A stretch of 63,987 nucleotides of DNA, counting the filler, from Craspedostauros australis (taxonomy: Eukaryota), in the NCBI GenBank assembly GCA_030167865.1. It is 9 parts of 9 records of this genome, joined end to end, with 100 filler letters (N's around TTAATTAATTAA, not from the genome) between each part and the next. Parts side by side here need not be neighbours in the genome. Positions count along the whole stretch, not along the records: positions 32,442 to 37,433 come from JALAGF010003736.1; positions 37,534 to 43,151 come from JALAGF010003738.1; 7 more parts are not named here. One strand, 5' to 3'. A program made the translations under genes and the position numbers. The notes beneath the pieces are model-generated. The model was not told the DNA's origin. It saw only the letters and a program-made list of their open reading frames with translations, and did no database searches. Numbering within the stretch: the stretch's first letter is position 1; each line of letters begins with the position of its first letter. Positions 32,707-43,251 of this stretch are shown piece by piece.

Positions 32707-35700
32707 TCACAGTTTCGATCTTTGCCCAGTGCATTCTGCCAAGGTGCGATGCCTTGTCGTCGCACGAGTTCGTCTCCTTTGCACTGGCAGGTCGGTTGTG
32801 GGGCTCCTGCTTCTTTTCCTTTCCTGCTTCTTCTGTAGTCGAGTCCGTGGCCGGTTGCATCTTGGTTCAGGGGCTTGAGGCTGCACATTATTGTCCTTCG
32901 GCTTCTTCTGTGCGCTATTCATGGCATTCCACTTCTTGTAATCATTCTCCACCTTCGTTGTCCATGACCTGTCTGCGCCATGCAGCATGCGATAACATGT
33001 GTTCGATGCAATGATCTCTTCGTTGTCGACAACGAGGTTGTTCATTGTCAATTTGCTTGTGATTCCACAATCCTTCTCCCACCGTATGTGGCCTGCTGTT
33101 GGGGCAACACATGCAAACATGTGACATTCCATGCACATCCATTTCGTGTGTACTCCGCAGACGACACATTCTTTTCGAGCCTTCACGCAATGGATCGGCT
33201 CATGGTTGCCCTCTGCAAGGCGTTCGTTCAGAGCGACACCCTCCTGAGGCAGCGCATCGCCTGTCATTGACAGCAACTTCCGTATCTCGTCATTACTATG
33301 CGTCTTTGCTCTCTCCTGCGAGGGTCTTCCATCGTACACACGCTGTGTTCCATTCGGTTCCACTGGAGGGGCGACAGCGTTGAACGCCTGGGTGCGCTGC
33401 ATGTGAGTTTCTGCGTCTGCAGCTCGTTCAGTCATCCACGCCACTGTATCCCCCATCACTCTGCATAAGATCTCCATCGATGCAGCAACGGATTGCCTCT
33501 TGTTGACCATGCTTCTGTAGTGTCTGATGGTTGGCGTTGCATCCAGATCTGCATTGGTATGTATGTCCGGTGTGCAGCAGTAATGCATGAGCTTGTGAAG
33601 GAACAGCATCACTACCTCCAAGATTCGCACCACAGCATTACATTGAAAAGTAGAATATGGTGGGTGAGGTTGGTGCTGCCGAATCATACGCGTCATCACA
33701 TCCGAGCCACCCTTGAATCCGTTCCACCGTGCAATCACGCCTGGAACAAACGTGTGTGTTCTTGGAACTGGTATTGCCAACTCCTGACATGCCCTCCAGA
33801 TATATAGCTGGTGAAAAACATCTTCTTTTGTCAGGGCAGCAATGTGGTGGCCGCCAGATCCTTTCTTGTTGCCGTGTCTATCCGAGAGAAGATACTCCTC
33901 CAACATCTTGCCCGAGGACGTCGAAGTCGGGTGCACACCTTCGTCAGTGTACGCAAACGTCAAACCCAGCCGATACATATCCCTCAAGACGATACCATAA
34001 GATTGCAGGAGAGATGGTTTGAATCTTGTTGAGAGGGATCTAAGGATTTCAGCCGTCGAACCACCTACCAGCAACATGAGTGCATCGGTAGTATGGCGAT
34101 TGCAGCCAGTAGCGGAGACCAAGGGCAGGTGATGTGAGTATATCATGTTGGGACTGTTGCGTTGCATACAATCCAACTGCGCCGGATCACGTACCAATTA
34201 CGACCATCGCACCAGGCACCCCGAAGACGTACGAATGATGCAACAGCTGGATCATTTCTGACTTGTGCTGGAACATTGCCCGCCATGCCTCTCCCTCAGC
34301 ATCGCGAAAGACATGCTCGTCCTCACTGAAACCGAACGAAATGCTTGCATTGCGCTGTTGTTGCTTCTCTCTGTCTTCTGTATTCGTCTTTGTGCGCGTC
34401 TTCATCTCCACGACGAACACCTCGTCTGTGCCATCATCCAGTGGGTCTCCCACAATGGCCAGGAAGTCCACGGAAGCTCGAGCGTACTTCTCTGTGCTTT
34501 TGGCCACAATGCCAGCACGGTATGCGGCTTTCACACGACGAGCATCACCACCAACCCCAACACACTCCATGGCTGCCTTCATGAGTGGGAGTTCATTTGC
34601 ATGTCCGATTTTCGCATTCTTTGCTGCCTTGCCTTTCAACCCCTTCATAAACCACGATTGTAGCTGCATGGTTGTGACCTTGTACTTCGGTGCTTGCATC
34701 CATGGCGTGTCACCAGTTGTTTCAGTGGAGGAGGTCGCTGGCTCCAGGCGTTTCTCCATATCGATGAGCTCCAATGTCACCATCCTGTCCATCAGTGTGC
34801 TTTTCATGTCTTTGTCTAGCTTGGACTTTGGCAGTCGACCTAGTAATCGTTTCTTTAGAATGGCTTCAGTGAAAGCCACGAATCGTCGCCGCACCTTGTT
34901 TTCTTCCTCCAGTACAGTTTGAAGCGTCTTGAATTGCGTTGGTCGGCGGCGCTTGATTTTATTCCCATAGAACAGGTGCATGAGAGCGGTCAGGTCCCCG
35001 TCAGAGATGGCGTCTGTATCTTCTTCTGCCCTGAGAAGACTTGCTTCGAGATCCCTTGAATCCTGTGCAGGGTCTGTCAACTGTTGGTACATCATCACAG
35101 CTTTCATTCTTGTACTCTCTGTTGCGACGTCGTTGGTGTACTGCTGCTTCTTGCCATCGACGTCGAAGCCAATGTAGCGACCAACCTGTTCCCATGCAGC
35201 CTGGTTGAAGGTTGCCTGGTTGTTGGAGTTGCACCATTCACCACTGCTGAGAATGGCGTCGATAATGTGGTAGGTTGATGTGCTCGTAAAGGCAAACCGC
35301 CTCTGCATGAACCAGAGGTGATCACCCTGCTCGCACGTCAGCCCGTCGACGTGAAGATCCCATACCTTTCCTGCCCAGCGTTCCTGAACCATTTCTGCTG
35401 TGGTGGCAGCGCAACTCAGGGGATTGTTCTGAGGCAGGGAGGCCGCGGCCGCCACTGTTGATGACAGCTTCAGGTTGATCAAGGCACCTTGGAAGTAGTG
35501 AGGGTACAGCGGAGATCTTGGATTGTCTCCATCCTTCTTGGCTACCATGTCTTGGTACATGCGCAGATCCCGTTGATGGAGGAGGTTGAGGTCCCATTGG
35601 AACCGCGGAGCCTTTGTGGACAAGGCTAGAACATTTTTCTTGTTGTGACGGTAGGAGTAGCAGGTAAGTTGTTTCTTACTGATGCTGTTGGTTACTGCAA

Positions 35701-37080
35701 TTTGCAGGTGCCGTGGTCCATTGTTGCTGACGTCAATCTGCTCGTGCCCAAATGACACACCGTCGAAAGTGAATGGAAGATATCCACAGCGCTTGTGTGT
35801 GCCCTCGAGGTCGGCATCCTTTTCCATCAAGATTGCAGTCATATCTTCACTGTTGTACCCACGATCGGCCATGAGTGTGATATGACGGAGCAGTCCATTG
35901 GTCTGCGCAACCTGTGGCAAGAAGACCATGTTGTCGTCGTCAAGGCTGTCGCGAGAGGCAGAGATTCCAGCAATAAGGCCAGACGCAGAGTGGACGAGAG
36001 TGTTCAGTGTCAATCTGGAAGAGAGATGGAATAAAGAAGAAGAGGAATGGATGAGAAGAATTGAAAAGAAAAGGAAAAATGATCCACCAATCAATTGCTC
36101 ATATCCAAGAGAACACCATCTATTGTATCTTACCCTTTGCGGTTGGTTTGTGTGTGATGCATGCTCCGCAAGCAGCTACTGTCTGAGTGACTGCGGCAGT
36201 GCACTTTGTCGTCATCGAGCGTGATGATTCTTGGTGCGTCTCCGTGATTGAGGCAAATCTTCTGAACGCAACGATTCACTGCAACCTCGAGATCTGCCCA
36301 AAGAAATCGATGTTCAAACAGTGTGGGTGCCTCTCCATTGACCTGAAGCTTGGCCCAAGTGGAAAGGTACAACTCTTTGGACGGGAAGTCGCGAAGCTGC
36401 TCGTTGACACCAGCATCATACAGCCTCTTTGCAGTACATCCATGAATCATTTGGGCCAGGAAACCATACAAGAATTGTGAGAACTCCATGTATGATAACC
36501 CCAACCCACCTGGCCCAAACGCATCAGTGTAGATGNTGGAGGCTGGACCAAGGACGTGCCGCACCAAATCGTGTGGCGTTGGCACGAAAGGCGCGGATCC
36601 NGGTGGTGCCTTTGGGAAGAGTTGGAGGATGGCTCGACGGAGACTTCGAATCTCCATGCGCGCGTTCGACAGCAGTGCATCATCTGCATGTCCAACAGAC
36701 ACAGTCGTGCGGTAGAATTCTGGACAGAGGATGTGCCACTCGATGGCACCCCGAGTGCCTCCCTTTCCTCCTCCGATCGGTTTTGCTTTGGATCCTCCTT
36801 CAGTGGGAGGAATGATGACATGCTGCGTGGCATCCCTCCGGTTGGAAGGAAAGATACCAAAGTCTTTCGTAGGTTGGGGAGGAACAAGGCCAATGGAGAC
36901 ATTGGCGTCGTCACTGCGGACCGAAGCCACATCCACATCCTCCAAGGGTGGGTGACCGTTGCCATGAGAGAGTTGATCAACATTGAAGGGATGATCGTCA
37001 GGATGGGTGTTACCATGGCCATTGGGATCAGCAACAGGGGAGATGTCACAGGTGACAGCATGGGCATTGGATGGCTGCAT
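32707..37080 (-). CDS. piggyBac-like DDD transposase with nested YqaJ-like PD-(D/E)XK nuclease and C-terminal Cys-rich domain; exons 37080-36134, 36014-34195, 34064-32707 (~1374 aa)
   Basis: D1 ITLDDDK, NRKG-LTLNTLVHSASG, D2 MADRGY, GTHKR, D3 WNGFKGGSD, CVVCGVHTKWMCMECHMFAC; two GT-AG introns (36133-36015, 34194-34065) join the three ORFs in frame. Confidence 0.75.
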
Positions 37081-37401
37081 GACAAAGCGTGAGGCAGAGA
37101 ATGCTTCAGAAGCTGTAGAGAGACAAGAGGATGAAAGTCGCTGCGGAACGACGTGTTGTGAACGAAGGGCCACCGGAGAGGTGTGGCAAGGGCAAACATG
37201 TTGCTGTCACGCAAGTGCATCACAAGGACGTGCAACGCATCATGGTGTTGTTGTTGTCATGGAGGAAGGAATCTGCAAGCGTGGAAATGCCAAGAACCCA
37301 ATCGATTCGGTGTCGAACGGAAAAGGGAGGAACGTTCCACTTAATCAAACTAGTCGAGCGGAAAATGTCTTCCGTGTTAAACGTCCACGCTAAATTCAAT
37401 T

Positions 37402-37417
37402 TTGCGTCCTGACGCAA
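37402..37417. repeat. Subterminal palindrome TTGCGTC-CT-GACGCAA
   Basis: Perfect 7-bp inverted repeat 16 nt from the contig end, upstream of the transposase. Confidence 0.7.
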
Positions 37418-37533
37418 CCAATTTTATCCATCCNNNNNNNNNNNNNNNNNNNNNNNNNNNNNNNNNNNNNNNNNNNNTTAATTAATTAANNNNNNNNNNN
37501 NNNNNNNNNNNNNNNNNNNNNNNNNNNNNNNNN

Positions 37534-37727
37534 TCTTGTGCGTCGATGGCTGCCGCACGGATGGTTGTGTGACACAAGTCATACCAAATCTCTGCGACGT
37601 CCAGTGGGTTGGAACCATAATGCTGACGGAACAGAACCGTCAGGGCTTCAATGGCCTTCCACTTCGTGTCCTGGATCCCCACCAACTCGAGCCCAAGCGT
37701 GAGGACGGTGTTTGCGCTGAGGAACAT
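37534..37727 (-). CDS. N-terminus of putative PIF/Harbinger-like DDE transposase, truncated by gap
   Basis: FRQHYGSNPLDVAEIWYDL resembles the F...[YF]G..P.....IW.DL N-terminal motif I associate with diatom DDE_Tnp_4-type transposases; catalytic core not visible. Confidence 0.55.
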
Positions 37728-37858
37728 GATGCGTAGAATAGATGAGATGATGTTGACTATCGTGATTGATCCTGTGAATTGGTGGAGTTGTTGTTCTTAT
37801 GATTGGTGCATTGACTGTTGCTGCCATGTTTGTTTCCGTCGTAGTCGTAGTCGCAATC

Positions 37859-37893
<35 letters not shown>

Positions 37894-38281
37894 CCGTGCT
37901 GCGACGTTGATGTTCGTCTTGTTGTTGCTGCTGCTGATAGCGGTGATGATGATGTTGGCTCTGAATTAGCGAGCGTGTTAGGCATGCGCCGGCCGCTGGC
38001 AACACATCAGTCCAAAATAACGGAAAGACGGGAAATAGCAGCGTGCAAGCATTCAACTACATGTATGCACTATGACAGGGATAGAGCAAGGTAGTTTGGC
38101 GACGTGTAGCAAACACGGGAGATGCCATTCTGCGACGGTTGCTCGTTGGTTTCGATGAACCCATTGTCGCCAAGTGGTAGGCATGACACAGATCGTCGTG
38201 ATTGCGCCCGTTGTTGCTGTTGCCCATGTTACTGTCGAGGAACGCACGATGCCATCACAAATCAACCAATTACAGAGCAGG

Positions 38282-38719
38282 ATGGTGATGAAAGGCAAAC
38301 CAATTTCCGTCATTGGCGGCAAGTACAAGGGTCTGATTGGGTGGGTGAACGTGGACAAGAAGCCAACCAAGACTCGCCTTCCAGTCGTCTTGCAGCTCCA
38401 CGATGGCGAGCAGAAGGCGACTGCCATCAACAAGGAGAACGTCAAGCGCCGCAAGATCCCAGCAAACAGAGCCGAGGCAATCATGCAACAACAGCCTGAC
38501 ATCAACAAAATGGTTAAGAAGCTCGCGATGGCGTTGTGCGACTGCTGCAATCTCGGTGTTGTGGAGGGGAACAGCCGCATGACTCTCCGTAGCGGGGATC
38601 TTCTAAGCTTCAATACAATTCTCCTGCAGAAGATCCACGAGGCCACAGATATTCGCAAGGAGCTTGGCGATGACGCAAACATCCGTGTGGTTGATGTGAG
38701 CGAAGTCAAGATGGGGTGA
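38282..38719 (+). CDS. Small KOW/SH3-like motif protein (element cargo)
   Basis: KGKPISVIGGKYKGLIGWV is a KOW-like motif; helical C-terminus; start uncertain (upstream ATGs exist). Confidence 0.6.
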   Translation: MVMKGKPISVIGGKYKGLIGWVNVDKKPTKTRLPVVLQLHDGEQKATAINKENVKRRKIPANRAEAIMQQQPDINKMVKKLAMALCDCCNLGVVEGNSRMTLRSGDLLSFNTILLQKIHEATDIRKELGDDANIRVVDVSEVKMG

Positions 38720-38896
38720 CGGGCAACAGCAAAGCGCATCAAACACCAACCCCACCATGTCAATAGGAGACTAAAATAGGCAACAGACCAAGCACCATTT
38801 CTCTTCACTTGTTCACTAGTTATTATTGTTACGATTGTGCTGACTGCTCATGGCAGTTGCTCCTTCCTCTTGCTGTGCTACTCGTCTGAGCTGCCC

Positions 38897-40249
38897 TCAT
38901 GCGCCAGCGCCATTGCCATCCTCTTCGTCAAACAACTCGAGGTACTTTGCCATTGCGGTCGGTTTGGGCACTGAATTCAAGCGGCCGCCTTGCAAAGCCA
39001 CCTTCCAATACACAGAAGCTCCGTAGGTCACACGCCCAAGCTCTGTTGTGCCTTCACTGGCACGCTGGAGAGACAAGTGGGTCACGATGGTGTTGTCAAT
39101 GAGCCGTGGGAACACGGTGTGATCGAACCGGACGTTGATCGGAAAAATCACAAGCCAGTACGAGAACTGACGTTCTTGGGAGGCCTGGATGCTTGCGATC
39201 GTAGAACCCAGGGCGTTTTTTGCCGTTCCGCAATCTTCATCCCCAGCGTAGTAGCGCTCTGCGTCGCGATGCCAGCCGGAGGTGCTTGGGCCGCGAATCA
39301 TGATTGCACGCTCGGAGAGGCTGGGGGCGGATACAGGGATTGTTGCCGTCCACTCCTTGATGTCGTGGAGGGAAGTCGGCACCCGAATGTGATAACCCGA
39401 GAAGTTCGCATTCTTCACAGCAACGTCATTGACGTGGTCAATGAGAAAGGGACCGTTGCGTTCGGGGAACCTGGTATTAACCGGGATTTTGTACGGGTTC
39501 TCTTTTGTTCCGTCTTGGGCATTGGCAAAAAGAGAAGCGAGCGCATCGTTTCCAACATTGGCCTCCCCAAGTCCACGGGCAGACATGCCAGGGGAAGCAA
39601 AGGAAGGGGCCGGCGAAGCGAACGATGGCGGTCCGAAGGCGCGCTGTGGCGTCTCCACCCGGTTTGGCAAGAGCTGATCCTTGCTTGGGGTGGACATCCC
39701 GTCGAGATTCATGTGTACAGTGTTGCGTTGGAGTGGTGGTTTGTGAATGGCAGCTGTTGATGGCGGAGCTCGGACGGAGGTTTTGTTCACAGAAGAAGGA
39801 GCAACGGGCGGTTGTAGTGAGATGCCATTAACCGCGTCAACAAGATCATCAACACTGTCACCGACATCATCCGTGTGCGACCCATCTGAACTGCCCAAGC
39901 CATCTGAGTGATCCGAGGCATCCGAGGCATCCGAACTGTCCGAGTCCTTCTCCTTTGTCTTCTTCTCATGCTCCTTGAGCTCGGCGAGAGTCCCTTTGCC
40001 GACTTCGATTTGCGATTTGCGAAGGAGCGACATGTAGCTCGTGATCGTCCGCTTCTTGAGCCCGCTGAACAACCGACTGCTCTGCACGCGACGATTGGAT
40101 CCTGGTGCACCAAACAGAACGTTGTCGTCGTCACAAACTTCTCTTGAGAATCTAACTTGCTGTCGACTCTTGCCAATCTTCTCAACGGCTCGAGCGATGC
40201 TTTCGGCCAGACACTTACGATCGTTCTTGCTGAAGCTGGTGTCTTGCAT
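38897..40249 (-). CDS. 450-aa hypothetical protein (element cargo)
   Basis: Intact ORF: basic helical N-domain (VCDDDNVLFGAPGSNRR), disordered linker, beta-rich C-domain (DGTKENPY..VNTRFPERN...YWKVA). Confidence 0.7.
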   Translation of the reverse strand: MQDTSFSKNDRKCLAESIARAVEKIGKSRQQVRFSREVCDDDNVLFGAPGSNRRVQSSRLFSGLKKRTITSYMSLLRKSQIEVGKGTLAELKEHEKKTKEKDSDSSDASDASDHSDGLGSSDGSHTDDVGDSVDDLVDAVNGISLQPPVAPSSVNKTSVRAPPSTAAIHKPPLQRNTVHMNLDGMSTPSKDQLLPNRVETPQRAFGPPSFASPAPSFASPGMSARGLGEANVGNDALASLFANAQDGTKENPYKIPVNTRFPERNGPFLIDHVNDVAVKNANFSGYHIRVPTSLHDIKEWTATIPVSAPSLSERAIMIRGPSTSGWHRDAERYYAGDEDCGTAKNALGSTIASIQASQERQFSYWLVIFPINVRFDHTVFPRLIDNTIVTHLSLQRASEGTTELGRVTYGASVYWKVALQGGRLNSVPKPTAMAKYLELFDEEDGNGAGA

Positions 40250-40877
40250 TATCGGTGGAGATTATGAGATGATGTTGTTTGGAAGCGCTGCTGTTGAGGA
40301 GTTGGCCGTGTTGTTACTTTCCGCAGAGGTTGTGAACGAATCATCGCGTGGTTCCAGCTTCACATCATACGAGTGCTCGCGACAGCTTGCGATTCCGTCG
40401 GACAAAAACCATCAGCGAGGGAACCAATGCTGCATTTCAGACCGGATGCCCGCCAAGTCTGAACGGAAGAAGGACCATGAAATTGGGAGGATTGTTCACC
40501 AGACATTCCAACCAAATCAGAGCTATTGTGGTTTCTGTACAATGATCTCGGCATGTATGTGCAAAACTATTCAGCAGGTTGCTGCACATGACCAAGACTG
40601 CCGTGGCAAGAAACACATGAGCCAGCTTTCTGTTGTGAGATTGTGAACGGGGAGGGAAAGATGGAGCATTGGGTCCAGCTTTGTGGCTGTGTGATGGTGT
40701 GAACAAACACACGACTGCTTCAAATTGTATTGTTCTAAGCGTCACTCTAGAGCACCTGCGTGCGCGCCATCATTGGCGCCAGTACTGATACTGCTATGGG
40801 CAAGGAACCAATGGAGACACTATTAAATTGCAATGCATTTGAAATCATAATCGTCACATGAAGGGCAAGCTGGAAAG

Positions 40878-41403
40878 ATGGCATCCAACACGCCGAAATT
40901 CACCTGGCGCTGCAATCCAGCTGGCGCAATGATGAAGAACGACTTCGACATTGGCGGCATCTTCCACGAGGTGGATGTGTCTGTGGACGAGGCGTGGGCG
41001 CACTACCGCGTCCTGGAGCAATTCAAGGTTCCAGGGATGACGCAAGCTGTGTTCGCGAGATACTTCAAGCAATTCGAAAAACGCGTGAGCAAGAATCGTG
41101 GCCGCTCTGCCACTGAATTGCGTGCGCTTGAACATGACCGAACGTTGCATCCTCAGCAACGACGCAACATCCGTGGGAAGCCCGTCATGTACCTGTCTCC
41201 CGCGAAGCCCCTTGCTCGTCCAAGATATCAAGCAATCGAAGCATTTGGAAATGACACCAGCCGAACTCAAGGCTAGCAGACCAGAGTATGCTGCGTTCGA
41301 TTTGGTGCAGTTCAAGCAGCACATCTACCAAGAAGCCAAGGCGCAGAAATTCAACAATCACTTGCAATCGAAGAGAGAGCAGGCAGAACGCATGAAGAAG
41401 TGA
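40878..41403 (+). pseudogene. Two-repeat basic helical protein with a +1 frameshift (element cargo)
   Basis: Removing one C from CCCC at 41208-41211 fuses 40878..41276 and 41098..41403 into ...YLSPAKPLLVQDIKQSKHLEMTPAELKASRPEYAAF...FKQHIYQE. Confidence 0.65.
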
Positions 41404-41508
41404 AGATAATTGCATAGTAGCCTTGATATTACTATTTTATTGCTCTATACTATAGTTGTTCCTGTTGTTGATTGCACTTGGTTGTTGTTGTTGGTGTTCT
41501 GTGTGCTC

Positions 41509-42111
41509 TCAGTGGTAGCGAGCATTTGGAATTCTGCCGCGAACGAGGACTCCTCCAACGGTTGTGACAAGTCGCTTCATGGCGGAAACGGCGAAACCTG
41601 CGGTCTTCACAACCACAATCAAATGCACGAACATCAGAAAGGCCACGTATCCCAGCAGCCAGAAGATGTGGCCAGACATGAAACAGAAGCCGGACATGCA
41701 CCCATCGAAGTAAAATGTCGCGACGCTTCCGGCATCGACCAGATCGCCCATCGACGCGAAAGCGGCACGAAAGGAAAGCTCGACAGGGCTACTGCGGCGC
41801 CCACGAGAATGGGATTTGCCCATGGCGAAGAAGTGCCCATCGGGCAGGCCAAAGAATGTTGGGGATGGCGCCTTCCCAGTGTCGTGGATGACGGAGCAAG
41901 CAGCATGGACTGCTCCTGGGCGGTTGTCATGCTTGGTGTTTTGGTTGGTGGTTTGGGCAGCTGTCCCGCCAAGCATCATGTTTGTTGCAGCTGTGTCGAC
42001 CAAGTTGGCCGCATGGGCGCTGGGGAGAGAGAATGGAGGTGCTGGTGACCCATGGTGATGGCTTCCCCGTGCGCTTCGGGGGGGGGGGGATGCTGGGAAA
42101 GAGAATTTCAT
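41509..42111 (-). CDS. Hypothetical protein with C-terminal hydrophobic segment
   Basis: ATG at 42111 directly after the microsatellite; 200 aa; HIFWLLGYVAFLMFVHLIVVV. Confidence 0.4.
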   Translation of the reverse strand: MKFSFPASPPPRSARGSHHHGSPAPPFSLPSAHAANLVDTAATNMMLGGTAAQTTNQNTKHDNRPGAVHAACSVIHDTGKAPSPTFFGLPDGHFFAMGKSHSRGRRSSPVELSFRAAFASMGDLVDAGSVATFYFDGCMSGFCFMSGHIFWLLGYVAFLMFVHLIVVVKTAGFAVSAMKRLVTTVGGVLVRGRIPNARYH

Positions 42112-42216
42112 TGTGGTTGTGGTTGTGGTTGTGGTTGTCGTTGTCGTTGTCGTTGTGGTTGTGGTTGTGGTTGTGGTTGTGGTTGTGGTTGTGGTTGTGG
42201 TTGTGGATGTGGATGT
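42111..42216. repeat. (GTTGTG)n hexanucleotide microsatellite
   Basis: ~17 units with GTTGTC/GATGTG variants. Confidence 0.9.
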
Positions 42217-42680
42217 GCCTTGTTTTGTGAGCCGAAATTTGGTCAGACAGGCTTCTGTGGACATCGGGTTTCGCGCACACCATTCGCGTTCACAAGGCCT
42301 ATGACACTTTGTGATGATCGGGAGAAAAGATGCGATTGCCGGTCACAGCAAAACGACCGAACAGGGCGGCATTCACGTTTGGGAAGGCGCGGAATGCCCG
42401 AGGAAAGTTCTTGTCATTGATGTTTGAGCGTTGGCCAGCTCCGGCGAAACCATTCCGGCAGCACTGTGGGATACACAGAGCCATCATCACGAGGCGTCTG
42501 AAGTTCTTGAAGAGTATCGCGATTTGTGTGGAGGCCTTTCCACCTCCGTGGTGATCATGCACTCAAGATAACTGGGGCTGCCGTGGAACGACACGAAGCA
42601 ACGTGAACAGATGGACTTCCAAACCAATCGCCAACCCACACAACCATCTCCAGCGAGTCACGCAACCTGTGCGCTCCCAC

Positions 42681-42811
42681 CAAAAAATGCATGTGGAGTG
42701 CATTAAATGCAGTTGAAGTGCATTAAATGCATTTGAAGTGCATTAAATGCATTTGAAGTGCATTAAATGCACTTGGAGTTCAAAAAATGCATTTGAAGTG
42801 CATTAAATGCA
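42681..42811. repeat. 20-bp tandem array (consensus TTTGAAGTGCATTAAATGCA), ~6.5 units
   Basis: Direct inspection; same unit as 53147-53380. Confidence 0.92.
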
Positions 42812-43251
42812 CTTTCATTTGTGCACCAGATTAATTCGTGACTTAAGCAACTATAGGCACAAAGACGGTCATTGAACACCACAACACGATCTCATTAAAT
42901 AATGTACTTAACGACAAGACGTTTCATGGTCATTTTCATCGAATGCAAAGACAAAGATCTTAGAGAGAAGACTAACTCGATTAAATAGTCTCGATTTATT
43001 TTATGGTCAAACGAGTCAAACGACACACGTTTCAATGCATTTGCCGGGTGTCCCGGAACTGCCTCCGTCTTGTGCAAAAATCCAACACATCCGCCTTTCG
43101 GCATCCAACGCAACAAGCCAAGTCAATGCGTGAGGACGAGCAGGCACAACTNNNNNNNNNNNNNNNNNNNNNNNNNNNNNNNNNNNNNNNNNNNNTTAAT
43201 TAATTAANNNNNNNNNNNNNNNNNNNNNNNNNNNNNNNNNNNNNNNNNNNN

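Larger units (their letters stand above)
37534..43059. mobile_element. Right portion of a multi-ORF TIR DNA transposon (PIF/Harbinger-like)
   Basis: Transposase N-terminus, four alternating-strand ORFs, subterminal array, terminus TTCAATGCATTTGCCGGGTGTCCCGG matching the MITE TIR. Confidence 0.6.

Noticed and set aside
28954..36094. Fanzor/TnpB-type RNA-guided nuclease in the transposon
   Set aside because: No RuvC motif order (D...E...zinc finger...D); the nuclease motifs fit PD-(D/E)XK YqaJ and the Cys cluster is terminal, as in piggyBac.
28689..37433. True tandem duplication of the transposon
   Set aside because: The copies sit on separate contigs joined by a spacer; their order and adjacency are unknown.
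42052..42420. Poly-CG, poly-V, poly-T and poly-HN ORFs
   Set aside because: Translations of the (GTTGTG)n microsatellite.
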